From assembly GCA_002070955.1 (NCBI GenBank), contig MWEK01000002.1, forward strand, positions 27,956 through 91,955: a stretch of 64,000 nt of DNA, written 5' to 3'. Both the position numbers and the translations under genes were made by a program. Below, piece after piece: positions 7,741-16,630 of the stretch (its first letter is position 1; every line of letters begins with the position of its first letter). The notes under the pieces were generated by a model. The model searched no databases and was not told the origin of the DNA. It was given only the letters and a program-made list of their open reading frames with translations. This DNA is from Planctomycetes bacterium ADurb.Bin069 (GTDB taxonomy: Bacteria; Planctomycetota; UBA8108; UBA8890; UBA8898).

Positions 7741-8649
7741 TCACTTAGTGCTCGGATCCCCGCTCGCGCTCCCGCCGGCTTTCAAACCCAGAGAGAGCGA
7801 GATCACCGCGTCCCAGGAACGCCGATAACCGGCCGCAACCGCCGCCGCACCTGAGGGCGGAACCGCCGCCGCAACCGCCGTCGTGACCGCTTCCGGCGCC
7901 ACCGCGGGCGCGGAGACGACCGGCTCCACCGGCGCTTTCGCCGCGGCCTTCGGCGCCTCATTCGGCGTATAGTACGCGATCGCGCTCGACACGCCTTCCG
8001 TCACGTACGGCCCCCACTGCGGCCACAGCAGGACCGCCGCAACGATCGCCGCCGCCAGGGCGGACATCCTCACAAACACCCGCGCGCGGCCGCCCGAACG
8101 CCTGCCGCCCGCGACACGCTCCGCCGGTGCGCGTTGCGGCCTCGCGGCCGGCGCGCTCGCGGCGATCGTCTCCTCCCCGGGCAGGCCGAGATCCTCGGTG
8201 ATGTCATCAAGCGCCACGTCGGTCATTCCCTCGCCGATGGCCGTGGCCGTCGCGGGGGCGCTCTCCTTGAAACCCGGGTTCTGCCCCAGGAGCCCGACTT
8301 CCTCGGCGGACTCGGTGACCGCGAGCAGCGCGGTGGCGCTGCTCAACGCCTCGCTCATCATCGTCTCGGCCTCGGGGCCGGCGGCAACCACCACCGGGAT
8401 TTCCTCCTCGGTCTCGTTGCCCGCCCCCAACGCTTCGGTGTCGAAGGACAACGCGCCGGTGCTCAACGCCCCCGACGTGTTGGCGGCGTCGCCGTCCACG
8501 GGAATCTCGTCGGCTTCGTCCCACGCGACCTTCCGCCCTTCGGCCCCTTGCGCCGCGATCTCATCGGCGCCCAGCACCACGGTGGGAGGTCCTTCTTCCC
8601 GCTTCTCGGCCGCATCCTGCTCCACGTCTTCGGGATTCTTGTCGGTCAT
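7741..8649 (-). CDS. hypothetical single-pass membrane protein with acidic N-terminal region
   Basis: ATG 8649 (MTDKNPEDVEQD...). Asp/Glu-rich N-terminal half, one TM (MSALAAAIVAAVLLW), Ala/Pro-rich C-terminus. The stop overlaps the next gene. Confidence 0.55.
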   Translation of the reverse strand: MTDKNPEDVEQDAAEKREEGPPTVVLGADEIAAQGAEGRKVAWDEADEIPVDGDAANTSGALSTGALSFDTEALGAGNETEEEIPVVVAAGPEAETMMSEALSSATALLAVTESAEEVGLLGQNPGFKESAPATATAIGEGMTDVALDDITEDLGLPGEETIAASAPAARPQRAPAERVAGGRRSGGRARVFVRMSALAAAIVAAVLLWPQWGPYVTEGVSSAIAYYTPNEAPKAAAKAPVEPVVSAPAVAPEAVTTAVAAAVPPSGAAAVAAGYRRSWDAVISLSLGLKAGGSASGDPSTK

Positions 8650-8883
8650 TTTACACCTCGATCGCCCCACACTCTCCGGATCCCGGCGCCGCGCGGCCGC
8701 TCGGAAGCCTCCCGACCGCGAGCATGATTTTCCAACCCTCTTCTGGGAGAATTCGTCGCAGAAGTATACAATTGCGCCGATGGCGCGTCAAACCCCGGGC
8801 CGCGGAGCCGGTGCGGTCCGAACGGCCCGATCCGCCGGGTTCCGAGAACGTGGCGGCGCGCGGGACGCCGCCGCCGAGGGAAG

Positions 8884-9525
8884 ATGGAAGAACGCCCCGA
8901 AACAGCCCGTCAGCCGGAGCCGTCCGCCCGCGGCAACGGCCCCTCGCCTTCCGCCGGCGGCCTGAACGACGGCCTGGAGCACGCCCTTGTCGCGGAGGCC
9001 ATCGCCGGCAGCCGCGGAGCGTTTCAGCAGCTCTATCGCCGGTACTTCCGCCTGATTTCCGTCATGATCTTCCAGAAGATCTCCGTCGCGGCGGATGTCG
9101 AGGATCTAGCCCAAGAGACCTTCCTGAACGCATGGCGGGGGCTCCCGCAGTTGCGCGACCCCGCGCGCTTCGTGCCCTGGCTCGTCAGGATCGCGCGCCG
9201 CGTGATCAGCGACTGGCGCCGCGCCGCCGCCAAGCGGCGGGACGAGAACCGCAGGGTCGCCGATGCGCCCGCCAACGCCGGCGCGCCCGAGGCCGCGATC
9301 GCGGCGGCCGAAGAGCAGGCGCGTATGCTGGCGGCGCTCCGCCGGATCCCCGAACCCTACCGCATCGCCCTCACGATGCGCTTTCTGGAAGACCTGACGC
9401 CGGCGCAGATCGCGAACCGCCTGGGCGAGCCCGACGGCACCATCCGAAACCGCATCTTTCGCGGGTTGCAGAAGCTCGAGAGCGCGCTGCGCGCCGAGAA
9501 GAGGACGAGGAGGTGGCGCGGATGA
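8884..9525 (+). CDS. ECF (sigma-70 family group 4) RNA polymerase sigma factor
   Basis: Region 2 reads DVEDLAQETFLNAWRGLPQLRDPARFVPWLVRIARRVISDWRR. Region 4 reads YRIALTMRFLEDLTPAQIANRLGEPDGTIRNRIFRGLQKL. Confidence 0.85.
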   Translation: MEERPETARQPEPSARGNGPSPSAGGLNDGLEHALVAEAIAGSRGAFQQLYRRYFRLISVMIFQKISVAADVEDLAQETFLNAWRGLPQLRDPARFVPWLVRIARRVISDWRRAAAKRRDENRRVADAPANAGAPEAAIAAAEEQARMLAALRRIPEPYRIALTMRFLEDLTPAQIANRLGEPDGTIRNRIFRGLQKLESALRAEKRTRRWRG

Positions 9526-10217
9526 ACTCTCGCGACACGTTCCGCACACCGGCATGCAAGGCGGCGGAGGAGGCGCTCGCGCGCATCGTGACGGGCGAGG
9601 CCGGCGCGCGGGAGCAGGAGGACTTCCAGGCGCACATCTCCGCCTGTCCGCGATGCACCCGACAGCTCTCCGCCATGCTCGCGCTCACGCGCGAAGTCCG
9701 CGGCGCGCTCACGGCGGCCGCGGCGCGCCTCGGCGAGATCCCGCCGCTCTCCTTGCCGCCGCGCCCGGACGAACGGCCCGCGCGGCGTTCCGGCGTGCGC
9801 CCCCTCACGAGTTTCGTGATGCTGCTCGTATTCGGCATGGGCCTCTTTCTGCTGATCGCGCTGGCGTTCTTCAGCTTCCGCGAGGCCGCGCGGCGCCTCG
9901 AAGCGCTCAATACGTTCCGCGCCGCGAACGCCGCGGCCGTACTTTCGCAGATCGGCGCCCGCGCGGCCGAGGCGGATCAGCAGGCGCCCGCGGCGCGTTT
10001 CCGCTCCGACGCCGCCCGCATCCTCGGCCTCGGAGCACTCACCGATCCGTGGGGAACGCCCTATGTGATCGCGCGCGCGGGCGATCGCTTCACCGTGTAC
10101 AGCGCGGGTCCCGATCGCGCCGATGCCGGCGGCGCCGGGGACGACATCACGTCCCGCTCGGCGGTCCCGACCCTCGGCCGGCCGCGGCAAACGCCCCCGC
10201 ATCCGCCTCGGCGATGA
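9522..10217 (+). CDS. anti-sigma factor (zf-HC2) with C-terminal pseudopilin (GspG)-like domain
   Basis: ATG 9522 overlaps the sigma stop as ATGA. HISACPRC zinc motif, one TM (FVMLLVFGMGLFLLIALAFF). The extracytoplasmic tail ...LTDPWGTPYVIARAGDRFTVYSAGPDRADAGGAGDDI resembles the T2SS GspG globular domain. Confidence 0.7.
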   Translation: MNSRDTFRTPACKAAEEALARIVTGEAGAREQEDFQAHISACPRCTRQLSAMLALTREVRGALTAAAARLGEIPPLSLPPRPDERPARRSGVRPLTSFVMLLVFGMGLFLLIALAFFSFREAARRLEALNTFRAANAAAVLSQIGARAAEADQQAPAARFRSDAARILGLGALTDPWGTPYVIARAGDRFTVYSAGPDRADAGGAGDDITSRSAVPTLGRPRQTPPHPPRR

Positions 10218-10250
10218 TCCGTTTGGCAATGAGCAAGGCCGCCAGCGATC

Positions 10251-10760
10251 TCACGTCCCTTTCCGGAAGCGGCTGAGGACCGCCGGCGAGCGGGACGCGG
10301 CGGGCGGCGTGTCCGCGGCGCCGGCCTTGGCGGCGCGGCTTCGCGACAACTCCTTGAGCAGGCCCGCGATCGAGCCCGGCGGGACGACGCGCAGGGGCAG
10401 CCGCGCGCCGAGGAGATCCCAGAGTTCCTCCCGCACGAGGGGCTCGGGCTCGCGCTCGCACGCCAGGACGACGCCCTCGGATGAGCGCAGGGGCAGCACG
10501 CCGTACCCCTCCAGAAGCTTCAGGGGAATTTTGCTGGCGTATTCCTCGGCGATGTGGTCGCGATCCACGACGAGTGCCGTCTGCGCGGCGAGGGCTCGGG
10601 CGATTTCCTCCGGCCCCGCCAGGCCCAGGCGCACGACGATGTCCCGGAGCAATCCGCCGACCGAGCGCTGATAATCCTCCACGACCCGCAGTTGCACCTC
10701 AGTCAGGATTCCCGCCTTGCGCAGCACCTGTCGGTCCAGTTGATCCTGTCGTTCGTGCAC
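10251..10760 (-). CDS. stand-alone T2SSE_N/MshEN domain protein
   Basis: GTG start at 10760. Tandem motifs LDRQVLRKAGILTEVQLRVVEDYQ and LLRDIVVRLGLAGPEEIARALAAQ, then IPLKLLEGYGVLPLRSSEGVVLACE, typical of the GspE/MshE N-terminal domain. No ATPase domain. Confidence 0.7.
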   Translation of the reverse strand: MHERQDQLDRQVLRKAGILTEVQLRVVEDYQRSVGGLLRDIVVRLGLAGPEEIARALAAQTALVVDRDHIAEEYASKIPLKLLEGYGVLPLRSSEGVVLACEREPEPLVREELWDLLGARLPLRVVPPGSIAGLLKELSRSRAAKAGAADTPPAASRSPAVLSRFRKGT

Positions 10761-10769
10761 GGCTCACCC

Positions 10770-11354
10770 TCACTCGATCTTGCCTTCGACCTCGACAAGG
10801 CGCAAAAACCGCACCGGCGCCAGTTCTTCCCCGCAGCGCGGACAGCGCCGCCCTTTCTCGGCCGCGCCGGACCCCACCTGGAAATGCGCGTCGCAGGGAG
10901 GGCAGCGCATGATTTCGCCGCGATGCCCGCGGAGCACGTCCCGGATCGCCTCGGCATCCGCGGCGCCTTGCGTTATCAGCACCTCTCCCAGGTGCATGTC
11001 AAGGTGCTTGCGCGCAAGCCGTTGCTTCTCCAGCACGGCATCCTCGAGCGCCGCCGGCGTCAGCCGGAGCTGGGTGCCCAAAATCTTCCTGAGCATGCGT
11101 TCCTCATCGCCTCTGGAGGCCGGCTTCGCGCGCTTGTCCTTCCTCCGGCGCTGGATCCGCGCGATCGCGCCCGCCGCCGCCTCGTCGAGATAGCCCCTCT
11201 CGAGCATGATGGCGGCGAGCGTGCGCTCGCCCCCCCCGCATTTCAGGGCCTGCAGGCACTCCCTGAGCTGCGGGTAGGAAACGACCCCGAGCGCGACGGC
11301 GGCGCGCGCGCAGACGTGATCCTCTGGCGATACGGTGTTGCGGCTCATGATCAT
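10770..11354 (-). CDS. MshEN-like helical repeat protein with C-terminal zinc ribbon
   Basis: ATG 11354 (MIMSRNTV...). Helical repeats such as TLAAIMLERGYLDEAAAGAIARIQ and HLGEVLITQGAADAEAIRDVLRGH. C-terminal CPPC-x17-CPRC. The rest of track ORF 10770..14765 is antisense shadow. Confidence 0.6.
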   Translation of the reverse strand: MIMSRNTVSPEDHVCARAAVALGVVSYPQLRECLQALKCGGGERTLAAIMLERGYLDEAAAGAIARIQRRRKDKRAKPASRGDEERMLRKILGTQLRLTPAALEDAVLEKQRLARKHLDMHLGEVLITQGAADAEAIRDVLRGHRGEIMRCPPCDAHFQVGSGAAEKGRRCPRCGEELAPVRFLRLVEVEGKIE

Positions 11355-11657
11355 GGCGGATCGGCGCACCGCGCTCCGGGGCGCATACGGCCCCCGGACC
11401 CGCCCGCCGGCGGCGGCGCCGGCGGGAGAATCCGCAAGCGCTTCGGCGGAACGCCGGTTCCTCCCCGTTCCAAGAATACGATGCGCTCGCGCCGTTTGCC
11501 AAAGCCGGAAGGGCCGGATAGACTTCAGCAGCCGATATCTGTCCATCCGATTGGCAGAGGGAAAACCTGCGGACGGCGCGGCGCGCGTGCACGGCCTGTT
11601 CGGTTCCGCGGCGCGGCGCGCTGCGGCGCGCGCCGGCTGCGCGCAGTGAAGGGTGCC

Positions 11658-14654
11658 ATGTCGCTCAGCGGCAATCTCAAGAGCTTCAGTCTCGCCGAGA
11701 TCTTCCAGGCGCTGTCGAACAACCAGCACAGCGGCACGCTCAGCATCCATATTCCCGCCGGCGACGCCAACAACGTGCGGTACATTCATTTCGCCCAAGG
11801 CGCCATTACGTTCGTCTCCTCCGCCTCTCCCAAGGGCTACCTCCTCGGCGAGATCCTCGTGCGCCAGGGCAAGCTGACCGAGGCGCAGATCAACAAGGCG
11901 CTCGCGGAGCAGCACACGACCGGCAAGAGGCTCGGCCAAACCCTCGTCGCCTTGGGGTTGGTGACCGATGACGACATCGCTGCGGCGCTGCAGGCGCAGC
12001 TCAGGGAGGAGATCTATGATCTCTTCCTGCTCAAGGAGGCCGAGTTCGATTTCAAGGTCGGCGCGGAGCCGCCGCCGGAAACCCGCGGCGCCCTGCGCTC
12101 GATCAATCTCTCCATCGATCCGCAACCCCTCATCTTGGAGGGGCTGCGGCGGCTCGACGAGTGGTCCGTCATCCAGACTCACGTCCGCACGGGCAACGAG
12201 ATCTTCGCGCCCACCGGCGTCCAGCCCGATCTGTCCGACGGCGAGGAGCGCGAAGTCTACGCCCTCATCGACGGGCGCATGCCGGTCAGCGCTCTGTACC
12301 AGCGCACGACCATCGGCCGCTTTCCCTGCGCGCGGACGATCTTCAACCTCATTACGGCCGGCTTCATCCGTCCGCTCTCCATCGAGGAGTTGCTCAATCT
12401 CGCCGAGGAGTCCGCGGATCGGGAAAAGGCGCGCTACCTCGCCTACGCGCTCCAGCAGCAGCCCGCCGATGTCGCGCTGCGGATCCGGACGTCGCGCACG
12501 CTGCACGGCCTGGATGACGACAAGGCCGCCTGCGAGATCCTGCGCGAGGGCCTCAGCGAGACCCTGACCCTCGCGCCGGTCGACAGGCAGAAGATCGCCT
12601 ACGAGCTCTTGAGTCTGCGTCCCACGGACACGCAGGCGTTGTACGTCGCCCTCGACACCGCCCTCGCCCTCAACCAGACCGCCGACGCCGTCAACCGCGC
12701 CCTGGACCTGACCGATGTCCTCAAGCGTCAGAACGAGCCGCACGCGGCGCGGGAGGTGCTCCTGCGGGTCAACGAACGCGTGCCCGAAGACCCCGACGTC
12801 CGCGCCGCCATCATCTCCCGCTGGCGTTCGATCAACGACGCCAAGGCGGCGATGCCTCACATGGAGTTCCTCGCCAAGCTCTTGGCGGACCGGAAGAACT
12901 GGACCGAACTGGTCAAGGTCTACCGCTGGATGCTGGACGCCGACCCGTCCCGCCAGGAGATACGCGCCCGCATCAACGAGATCTCCGCCGAGATAGTCGC
13001 GGAAGAGCGCGCCCGCACCCGCCGGAGGATCGTCATCCTCTCCGTCGCCGCCGCCATCGCCCTGGCGGTCATCGTCCCCTTCATCTACGAGCGCAAGGCG
13101 CGGGTCGCCTACGCCTGGATAACCAACAAGGAATACGAGTTGCTCCGCAACAACGCCTTCGAGGAGGCCGAGCAACTCTACAAGGGATTCCTCGGCACCT
13201 ACGGCTGGAGTTCGTGGAACGAAGAGGCGCAACGCCGCTTCGAGAACCTGGGCAACATGCGGGCGAACTACGAAGCCCGCGTCGCCGTGGAACGGAAGAG
13301 CGAGCGGGAGCGTATCGCGCTTCTGACCGAGGAGCCGGCCCGCCTGTGCGCCGAGGGCGCCGCGCTCGAGAAGGCGGGCGACCTGGCCGGCGCCTACGAG
13401 CTCCTGCAGCGCCTCATTGTCGAGCACCCGCACTCTCCGCAGGGGCGCAACGCGACCTTGCCGCTCCGGGTGATGAGCGATCCGGCCGGCGCGGACGTTT
13501 ACCTCTGGAAGAGCGACGAGGACGCCGATGCCGGCGGCAAGGGCGTGTTGGAGCGGCTGGGCATCACGCCGCTCACGCTGCGCTACCGGCCGGGAAGGAA
13601 GTTCAAGCTCGTGTTCAAACGCGCCGGATGCCTCGACGCGGCCTGGTTGCTCGCCAAGGACACCACCTACGAGGCCCGCGTGCGGATGCAATGGGCGCCG
13701 CTGGCGCGCATCCCCCACAACGGCCCCCTGCACGGGCAGACCCTCGTTCGGGACGGCCACGCCTTCTTCTCGACGCGGGACGGCGGCCTGTATCGTTTCG
13801 ATCCCTCGGGCCCCGCCATCAAATGGCGGCGCGCGATGGGACGCTACGGCGACCCGCCCGCGTGGATCGCGGCGCACGGCGGACGCCTGGTGGCCGGCAA
13901 CGCCGAGGGCGAACTGGCTTGCCTCGATCCTGAGACCGGGGAAGCGGTGTGGCGCGCGCGCCTTCCCGGCGCGGCGCATCTGCTGCCCGCCTGCGGCCCG
14001 GATGGCACGGTGTACGCGGCCACGACCAACGGATTCGTCTTCGCGGTGCGCGGCGGCACGACGACCGCGCGGATCGCGCTCGACGGGCGCATTGCGAGCG
14101 GACCGGTGCTGATCGCCGGCAAGCTCATCGTCGGCACTAGCTGCGATCTGTGCTACGGGCTCGATCCCGCCAAGCTCGCCGTCACGTGGCGCCGGGCGCT
14201 CGACGCCGACATTGTCGCAAGCCCGGTGGCGCTGGGCGCCGTCGCGGTCTTCGTCACCGCCCAGGGAGACTTGTACGGCCTCAACGCCGCCACGGGTGCC
14301 CAGATCTGGCGGCACAAGCTCCCGAGCGGCGTGTCTTCGCGCCCTCTCGCGACGGATAGGGAGCTCTGCGTGCCGCTGGACAACGGCGAGGTACACATCT
14401 TCGGGCTCGATGGCGCGGCCAAGACCGCGGGCACCACCGGCGGCGGTCCCATCGGGCTGATGACCGCCGCCGGCCGCACGCTCTTCTTCGGCAACGATGC
14501 CGGCGCCTGCATCGCCTTCGACCTGGACAAGGCGGCGGTGAACTGGTCCTACGTCGGGCCGGCGCCCATCGAGGCGGCGCCGTTCCTCCTCAGGGAACGG
14601 ATCTTTTTTGCCACCATCAAGGGAGACATCTTCGTCATGGAGATCCTGCCGTGA
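11658..14654 (+). CDS. DUF4388(MshEN-like)-TPR-TM-PEGA-PQQ beta-propeller multidomain protein (999 aa)
   Basis: ATG 11658. The N-terminus LSGNLKSFSLAEIFQALSNNQHSGTLSI...IHFAQGAITFV fits DUF4388. Helical repeats and one TM (IVILSVAAAIALAVIVPFIY). PEGA-like LPLRVMSDPAGADVYLW. C-terminal WR..LPG.. repeats (AVWRARLPG, VTWRRALD, QIWRHKLPS) fit a BamB-like PQQ propeller. Confidence 0.75.
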   Translation: MSLSGNLKSFSLAEIFQALSNNQHSGTLSIHIPAGDANNVRYIHFAQGAITFVSSASPKGYLLGEILVRQGKLTEAQINKALAEQHTTGKRLGQTLVALGLVTDDDIAAALQAQLREEIYDLFLLKEAEFDFKVGAEPPPETRGALRSINLSIDPQPLILEGLRRLDEWSVIQTHVRTGNEIFAPTGVQPDLSDGEEREVYALIDGRMPVSALYQRTTIGRFPCARTIFNLITAGFIRPLSIEELLNLAEESADREKARYLAYALQQQPADVALRIRTSRTLHGLDDDKAACEILREGLSETLTLAPVDRQKIAYELLSLRPTDTQALYVALDTALALNQTADAVNRALDLTDVLKRQNEPHAAREVLLRVNERVPEDPDVRAAIISRWRSINDAKAAMPHMEFLAKLLADRKNWTELVKVYRWMLDADPSRQEIRARINEISAEIVAEERARTRRRIVILSVAAAIALAVIVPFIYERKARVAYAWITNKEYELLRNNAFEEAEQLYKGFLGTYGWSSWNEEAQRRFENLGNMRANYEARVAVERKSERERIALLTEEPARLCAEGAALEKAGDLAGAYELLQRLIVEHPHSPQGRNATLPLRVMSDPAGADVYLWKSDEDADAGGKGVLERLGITPLTLRYRPGRKFKLVFKRAGCLDAAWLLAKDTTYEARVRMQWAPLARIPHNGPLHGQTLVRDGHAFFSTRDGGLYRFDPSGPAIKWRRAMGRYGDPPAWIAAHGGRLVAGNAEGELACLDPETGEAVWRARLPGAAHLLPACGPDGTVYAATTNGFVFAVRGGTTTARIALDGRIASGPVLIAGKLIVGTSCDLCYGLDPAKLAVTWRRALDADIVASPVALGAVAVFVTAQGDLYGLNAATGAQIWRHKLPSGVSSRPLATDRELCVPLDNGEVHIFGLDGAAKTAGTTGGGPIGLMTAAGRTLFFGNDAGACIAFDLDKAAVNWSYVGPAPIEAAPFLLRERIFFATIKGDIFVMEILP

Positions 14655-14676
14655 CGTCGAACGCGAGGACCGACGA

Positions 14677-15654
14677 ATGCACGTGATCGCGCTGGTTGCC
14701 CTGCTCGCGGCGGACCCCGTGCCGGTCGAGGAGCTGGCGGTGAGCGAAGGCACGGTCGAGGTCATCGGCCGCTACCAGGAGTGTCTCGACCTCAATCTCA
14801 AGCTGCGCGGCTCCGCGTTCACCTTCGCCCTCGCGTCTCAGGAGCACGCAAGCCTGCTCTTCGGCCTGCGCGCCGGCATCGACCGCCTGATCCTCAGAGG
14901 GCGCTTCACCGCCGGCGACACCTTCGCCGTCCAGTCCCTGGAGAAGACTGAAACGGAGGCGCAGGTCTTCGCGCGGCGCGGCGAAGCGCTCGATGGTCCG
15001 AGCGCCGCGCTGCTCGATCTGGGGGCCCGCGCCATGGCCAGGGCGGCCGCCTTCGATGATGTCGAACTGGCCGAAGCCGGGAGAACGATTCTGCGCAAGG
15101 GGTTTCTCGCCAAGAAGCGGGAGACGCCGGCGGGCGATGCCGCCGGGCGCCTGGCGTGGGTCAAGGACATGGTCACGCGGCTCGGCGACACGAAGTGGGC
15201 CATCGACGAAGTCGGCGCCGGGCTTGCCGCCGACCCCGCGTGGGAAGCCGGCGGCGAGTTCCTGCGGTCGCTCGGCTGCATTCAATGGCGCAACGCCTGG
15301 TACACCCGCGACGACTTCCTTTCGGCGCAGGGCCTCGCCGGCGCCGGCGGCCAGTGGCGCCTGCCCGAGGAAGCCGCCCTCAAGGCGGCCGCGGCGCACC
15401 TCGGCCGCCTGAAGCAGAGCCGCGAAATCCTGCGCGCGCGCACCGAAGAAGCCTACCAGGTCGACGCCAAGCGCGGCCTCCTCTCCGTCGGCATGACGCG
15501 GCAGGAAGCCGTGGCCGCCTGGGGATTCCCCGACGATGTGCATCGCATTCAGCAGGAAGGCTACACCGTCGACCAGTGGCGCTACGGGGCCCGTTTCGTC
15601 TACTTGCTCGACGACACCGTGGCGCTGCTCCCCGCCGAGAAGGCTCGATCATAA
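14677..15654 (+). CDS. hypothetical exported protein with BamE/SmpA-like C-terminus
   Basis: ATG 14677 (MHVIALVALLAADP...). The C-terminus GMTRQEAVAAWGFPDDVHRIQQEGYTVDQWRYGARFVYL resembles SmpA/OmlA. It lies 22 nt after the upstream stop. Confidence 0.55.
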   Translation: MHVIALVALLAADPVPVEELAVSEGTVEVIGRYQECLDLNLKLRGSAFTFALASQEHASLLFGLRAGIDRLILRGRFTAGDTFAVQSLEKTETEAQVFARRGEALDGPSAALLDLGARAMARAAAFDDVELAEAGRTILRKGFLAKKRETPAGDAAGRLAWVKDMVTRLGDTKWAIDEVGAGLAADPAWEAGGEFLRSLGCIQWRNAWYTRDDFLSAQGLAGAGGQWRLPEEAALKAAAAHLGRLKQSREILRARTEEAYQVDAKRGLLSVGMTRQEAVAAWGFPDDVHRIQQEGYTVDQWRYGARFVYLLDDTVALLPAEKARS

Positions 15655-15689
15655 GCGCGAGGAGCCCAGGCTGCCCCCGGCAGCCTCCT

Positions 15690-16571
15690 TCAGTACTCGA
15701 CGCGCATGGACGAAGGCATGTCCACCGCCGCCCCGGCGGGATCGTCGTGCCGCCCCCGCGAGGACGGGACATCGATGCTCGGGGCGCCGCCTCCCGGAGG
15801 CGGCGCGGGCGGCGCCTCCCGAACCCGCGGCGGGAACGAGCCTCCGGCCGCTACGATCAGCACCTCGCCCTCGTGCACGATTCTCACCGTGCCGCGCTCC
15901 ACGGTCACTTCGGTCCGGATCCGGCCCTCGTCCCGCACCGCCACCGAGAACACCGTGCCGACGACCTCGATCACCGCGTCCGGCGTCTCGATGGCCACGG
16001 CCGTTCCCGCCGCCGGATCGACCTCGAAGCGCGCCGACCCGCGCGCGAGGCGGGCACAGAACACGTCGCCCGCCGCGCGCACGATCGTGAACGCAGCCGG
16101 CGCGGTGACCTCCGAGACGGTGCCCCACGGGAACCGCATCTCCTCGGGCGTCTCCCGCGCCCCTGCGCCGGCGGGCGGCGCAGGGGCGGAGGTCGCCGCG
16201 ACGTCGTCCGCCGCGCGCGGCGCGCCGGGCGTCGTTCCTGCCAGCGGCCGTTCGTCTTTCGCCTTCGGAGGCACCAGGACCGCGACCAGCAGGATCGCCG
16301 CCGCACTTCCCGCCGCGGCGGCCGTCACCCGCGCGATCCTGCGGAGCACGCGGCGCCGCAGGTGCGTCCCCACGGCGCGCGCCGCGATGCGGTCGCAGCG
16401 CTCCCCCTCGGGAGCGAGGGCGCACAGACCGCCCTCGAACCTGCGGATTTCGCCCCACAGCGCGGCACAGCGCGGGCACGCGCGCCGGTGCGCCGTCATG
16501 GCGTCCGCTTGACCCGCATCGAGAAGCCCGTCGCTGAGCTGCCACCACTGCTCTTCCGTATAGCACTGCAT
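15690..16571 (-). CDS. anti-sigma factor, zf-HC2 plus FecR-like domain
   Basis: AHRRACPRC zinc motif, TM AAAGSAAAILLVAVLV. FecR-like beta region AVAIETPDAVIEVVGTVFSVAV...VTVERGTVRIVHEG. It lies downstream of an ECF sigma gene. Confidence 0.75.
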   Translation of the reverse strand: MQCYTEEQWWQLSDGLLDAGQADAMTAHRRACPRCAALWGEIRRFEGGLCALAPEGERCDRIAARAVGTHLRRRVLRRIARVTAAAAGSAAAILLVAVLVPPKAKDERPLAGTTPGAPRAADDVAATSAPAPPAGAGARETPEEMRFPWGTVSEVTAPAAFTIVRAAGDVFCARLARGSARFEVDPAAGTAVAIETPDAVIEVVGTVFSVAVRDEGRIRTEVTVERGTVRIVHEGEVLIVAAGGSFPPRVREAPPAPPPGGGAPSIDVPSSRGRHDDPAGAAVDMPSSMRVEY

Positions 16572-16630
16572 CCGTCATTCTCCGCGGAGGCGCCTTCGCG
16601 CGTCCGCTCCCATGCCGCCTGCCTTGCGGC

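Noticed and set aside
11355-14765. The upstream 1130 codons of track ORF 10770..14765(-), and the first 368 codons of 10554..14654(+).
   Set aside because: Only the 3' 195 codons of the minus ORF (zinc-ribbon protein) and the part of the plus ORF from ATG 11658 (DUF4388 start) look like protein. The remainder is antisense shadow or an intergenic read-through.
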